Below the pieces are notes generated by a model that was not told the DNA's origin, ran no database searches, and saw only the letters and a list, made by a program, of their open reading frames with translations. Shown here piece after piece: positions 59,685 to 64,000 of a DNA stretch of 64,000 bases. The stretch spans positions 62,001 to 126,000 of the forward strand of contig NIVC01002878.1 of assembly GCA_002269645.1 (NCBI GenBank), read 5' to 3'. A program made the translations under genes and the position numbers. Position 1 is the first letter of the stretch. Each line of letters begins with the position of its first letter. This DNA is from Macrostomum lignano. Lineage: Eukaryota.

Positions 59685-61445
59685 TTCTTAATGTTTGAAA
59701 AATCCAATAAAGCATATTAAACAAATATCAGCTAACTGCCTAGTGTTTTAATTATATGCATAGCAGCTGTCCACCATGTGTTTTAATTGTATGCGTAGAC
59801 ATAATAATTGTTGCATCTTTTAAATATTAAAAAATAATATAGATTGTCTATATAGGCCCTATGTATTATATAACTAATATAACAGGCCTTGCATGAGATG
59901 CTAGAGACAAAAGTGACTATAGTTTCGGAACAAAGCAATTTTTGTATTTAAATAATCATCTTCTATAATTGAAATAGTATATTTTATATGAGATGCTCAT
60001 TTATAAAAAGATATGGTTCTATAACTGCTTGAAATTAGCAAAATTGACTAGAAATGCTATAGTTTTGGAACACTATCATTTTAATGCAATTTTTGTAATT
60101 AAATGATTCTCATCCAAAATGGATATAATACATAAGGTATTAAGATATATAAGTGCTAAAAGGGTTATTTGTTACATAAAGTCAATCTCTGGAAATCACT
60201 TCAAATGGAACAAACTTATGGTAGGCCTGAGTTAATTTTAAGACTCAAAGTTTTGTATAATTGTATCAAAATAGTTAAAGATTGTTTGTGTCAAATTCTA
60301 AGAAGGTTAGTTAAACTAAAGTGGTGCTATAGAAAATTTAGTGAAAAATTCACAGTTTTTCTAGGTAAGAAGACTTAGATTTAGAAAATTTTAAGGTAGT
60401 TTAAGTCATTCTCAATAATAAGTTTAGGATAGATGCAAAATTTGGTATAATATAGTTGAGCAGTTTGGAAGTACATAGCAAATAAATTTATACATAGATA
60501 TATACAAATAGTATTCATTTTTATTGGTAGAATAGAGATTATACAAATAAAAGCATATTTTTTATTTATAAACTCCCATAAATTTAAATTTATCCATTGT
60601 CATTGTTTCTTTTTATGCTGCATTCATAGATGGCCTGCTATCCCTCTCTAGTCCATTATGGGCATTATCCCAAGGGTATAGTGGCCTAAGTCTGGCATAA
60701 ATGATAAAAGTTCATCAATTTTCTTGATGAATTGTATATTCATTGTATATTAAATTGTATATTATGGATATGGCTATTTTGTTTATAAGCTCTAATATTA
60801 TTTTAGATATGCTAGGCACTATTACAGATATACTAATAGCTGCCATTTCTATAAGTTTGTGCATTCTAGACATGATTGCCATATCTAAGTGTGTTATTTG
60901 TTTTATATAAAAGGATTATTTGGTAGGCTTCCCTAAGAATGCAGTTAGAAATTAGATCAAGTTTGGTCTCTATTGAGGTTACTGTATCAACTTAGTTATC
61001 TCAATGGAGACCCTATTTGAATCTACATTGTGGCTAATATAATATACTTTTTTCATTTCTTAACTAATCTATTGTTTTAGATATACTTGAAAGTTTAACA
61101 AAAGTATCACTTTTTACTTTTAAAACAGGTTAGTTTGTTGGCCCCATAAATTAAGTTGATTAAATTTTGTTTTAAAAGCCTTAACTTTGAAATAAAAAAG
61201 TTAAGATCACTATTTTTTCAGGCTAGGAAAAAATTAGTTAGAAAATATATGCATAAAAGCCATCTAAAAACTTTAAAAGTACACATTTTACTTGGATACA
61301 AGCTAAATAGTAAATTGTATTTCATTATCAAAGATACGCTACAACATAGAACTTTTCTTTTTGATGTGAATTTGCAAACAAAGACGTTAGATCATTTCAA
61401 GGAATTCATTGGTTTTGCTTACAAAGGAAGACAGTACAAGACTTG

Positions 61446-64000
61446 ATGGCAATGGTCAATCTACTTGGCCTAGCCCTGCTTTTAATTGCAACTGCTACTG
61501 CTGCTGATCCATGCCCTAAAAGCAGGGGTTGGCTTTCAGTTGGTAGCACTGGAGATTGTGTATTTCTATCTGACAGCTTCTTGGGAAGCTACAGACAGGC
61601 TGAGGCAAAATGTCGCAGTCTTGGCGATAACAAAGATTTCCATCTGACATTCCTGCGAGATACTTTGTTTGTCGAACAACTGGAAGCAGCACTGAATTCT
61701 CAGTTAAATGTTACCAACATCAACAGCACTTACTGGATTGCAGCGCATCGAAACCTGGTTAATAATCGGGTAATCTGGCTTAACGATACTTATATCGATG
61801 GAAGTCTGTCTCCACTAAGACTAGTCTTTGACCCTTCGCCTACTGATGCTAAAGGTTTCGGCTATCTAATACTGCAAGAATCCATTGAGGGGAAAGCACC
61901 ACTAACAGTAGTAGCAACAGTAGCACACCAACACGTGCTAGCCTACAGATGAGATTCGATAAATCCGAGTCCACTCCAAGACGCGCACTTTGCGCCCGAC
62001 AGGCTGTGAATCCGGCAGTTCCCAGCTCCAATTTGCAAATTACAGGCGGTTACTGTCCTAAAATTGCTGGCAAAACTAAGGCAACTGTGCATTATATCTC
62101 TGATCGTTGCTACGCTGTTGTTCCCGGAATCGCTGATGATGCATGCGCTAGTCTTGGCTCAAATTATCTCCCAGCAATGCTGAATGATTGGACTGCTCAA
62201 CAGGTTGCTACAGTGTTGGCTGATAAGCATCCACTGGTTTTTGGTTTACGCTTCGTGCCTGGTCGAGGTTATTTGTGGCACAATCAGTCTGAGAAGGCTT
62301 CTGTTCTGCTCACTGCATGGTCAGCCAATCAGCCTGCGACTGACAAGGCTTGCGTTGCTATTGGCAACGGTACAGCTACATGGCGCAGTCTGGATTGCAA
62401 TGCAAATTCCGCTAGTTTATACAGCCTCTGTCATACGCCTGCCAGTGTTGATGCTAGTAACCCGTTCGATTCGAAGTTGACCAACTTTCTTAATAGTGGC
62501 GTCAGTTGTCTGCCTGGATTTGTTAATTTTGATTCTTCTTGCTACTACCTTGGCGATACCCCAATTGCTGGTAATTCTTCAATAACCGACTGGTGCTCGG
62601 AAAAGTACAATGCTAGCGCTGTTTGGTTTGATAGACCAGCTCAGCTAGCTTTAGTATCGTTGCTTGGACTGCAGCCAAATCGTTATTACGCTATTGATAA
62701 ACCTGTTTCATTTGATGCAGGTTGGCTGTCTCTACCAGATAGCCTGCCACAGGCTAATGGCTCCTGTCTAGCCTTTTCAACAGGTACTGGCGGCTTGATT
62801 AACCAAAATAGCAGTGCTCAGTGCGCCAATCTTTTACCCGCTTGTCGCTATCCAAAGCCTCAGTCGGAAACGAGGGCTATTAGTCATTCTCCAACTGCGG
62901 CTACAACTGCCATTGTAGAGACAACATGTCCGCGGGGTTTTATCTTAGCCGACAATAAATGTCTAGCAACAAGTTCGAACTATTCCGATTGGCACAACGC
63001 CAACATCGCCTGCCAAGGATTATTTCCATCAGCTTTTGTTGCTAGCTTACACTCGAGCATTAAGGCCTCCGTTGTCGCAAAGTTGCTACCCACTTCAAAC
63101 ACTTATGGAGCCTGGCTTGGTCTCAGCATTCGTCGTTCGTCTGGGCTTCTCTATCCGACGTGGACCGATTCTACTCAGTTTGATTATTATCCACCGCATT
63201 CAGCTAATAGCATTAAGATACAATCATCCTTTCAATGCGCCTACGTTTTATCTGACAGTAGTAAAGGCTTTATATGGCATCTGACAAATGACTGCAACGC
63301 TGCAAAGAGGCTTGTACTATGTCAGGCTGCGCCAAATGTTACTAATAAATACTCGACTCCGGTTCAATCGACTCTATCCGCTGCCATGACAACTATGCCA
63401 CCCGTGAAAACCGCCACGCCAAAAGTTCTTAGTTTTGCTGAATCATGCCAGAGCATTAATGGTCAGAGACTATCGGACGATGGTAGACGGTGTTACTCGT
63501 ATCGGGTGCTAACTAACAAAACTTATAACTGGTTTGAAGCTTTTGCTGCCTGTCAAAAAATCGACTCAAGCAATGCTAGCAATTTGGCTTCTATCGAATC
63601 GGAGTCTGAGAACAACTTTGTTAGAAAGTTGCATCTAGCCCATGGTTTAGTTTGGCTTGGCTTGAACGAAGCTTACGAGCAAGTTCCAGATAAATTGACA
63701 ACTTGGTCAGATGGTACTCCGGTTCAGTACGTTAACTTTGACAATAGCAAACCAGATCTTTACGGTCAGTGCGGCGCGATGATGACGCAACTTATAAAGA
63801 GTTCAGAATATTCGTCATCTAAGAATCTATTACGCTCGGGACTTTGGTATGATCGAGATTGTGGAGAGTCTTTGTCGGTAGTGTGTAAAACTTTAGTGTC
63901 AAAGTTGCCCGATCAGGATGCTTCTACTTCTCAGCCGTCGACTGGTAATAGTTCGAAGGTTGAGCGTTACTGTCCAGCAGACTGGCTAGCAACTCCAGAT
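61446..64000 (+). CDS. Secreted or membrane multi-C-type-lectin-domain protein (mannose-receptor-like architecture); 5' part, runs off the window, one frameshift near 61890
   Basis: Signal peptide MAMVNLLGLALLLIATATAA, then CTLD1 (CP..W...DCVF...AEAKC...YWIAA). A second frame is open from 61889 to 64000 and encodes four more CTLDs (e.g. CY...NWFEAFAAC...LASIESESENNFV...VWLGL...WSDGTPVQYVNF...WYDRDC...VVC) and the start of a sixth (CPADW). It is absent from the ORF track because it has no stop in the window. Confidence 0.85.

Noticed and set aside
61886-61896. Programmed -1 ribosomal frameshift at GGGGAAAG
   Set aside because: In the upstream reading frame the codons are GAG GGG AAA, not the X XXY YYZ phase. 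A homopolymer indel is simpler.

Overview
Repeat-rich metazoan (invertebrate) genomic DNA with GT-AG introns. The GC-rich poly-Q/A exons, AT-rich spacers and minisatellite-filled introns are consistent with a free-living flatworm such as Macrostomum, which is an inference. Seven host genes can be reconstructed: the 5' part of lin-10/X11/Mint (minus), a complete PRKX/PKA-C3-type kinase (plus), an AKAP7-like 2H-phosphoesterase-fold gene with degenerate catalytic motifs (minus), a claudin/PMP22-like 4-TM gene (plus), a short INCENP-like gene (minus), a redox-inactive TMX-like thioredoxin-fold membrane protein (minus), and the start of a multi-C-type-lectin-domain gene with one frameshift (plus). 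A 40-bp minisatellite upstream of the last clear AKAP7-like exon carries two insertions at the same AT of the repeat unit. One is a head-to-tail dimer of non-autonomous Helitrons (25853-31511). The other is an apparently complete 9.4-kb EnSpm/CACTA transposon (33115-42503) encoding an intact transposase and a divergent DUF4806-type gene. Also present are two tRNA-derived SINE families, several MITEs with readable TIRs and TSDs, about 15 different tandem arrays and a strong local excess of the palindrome TAGGCCTA. There are no CRISPR arrays, rRNA genes or bona fide tRNA genes.
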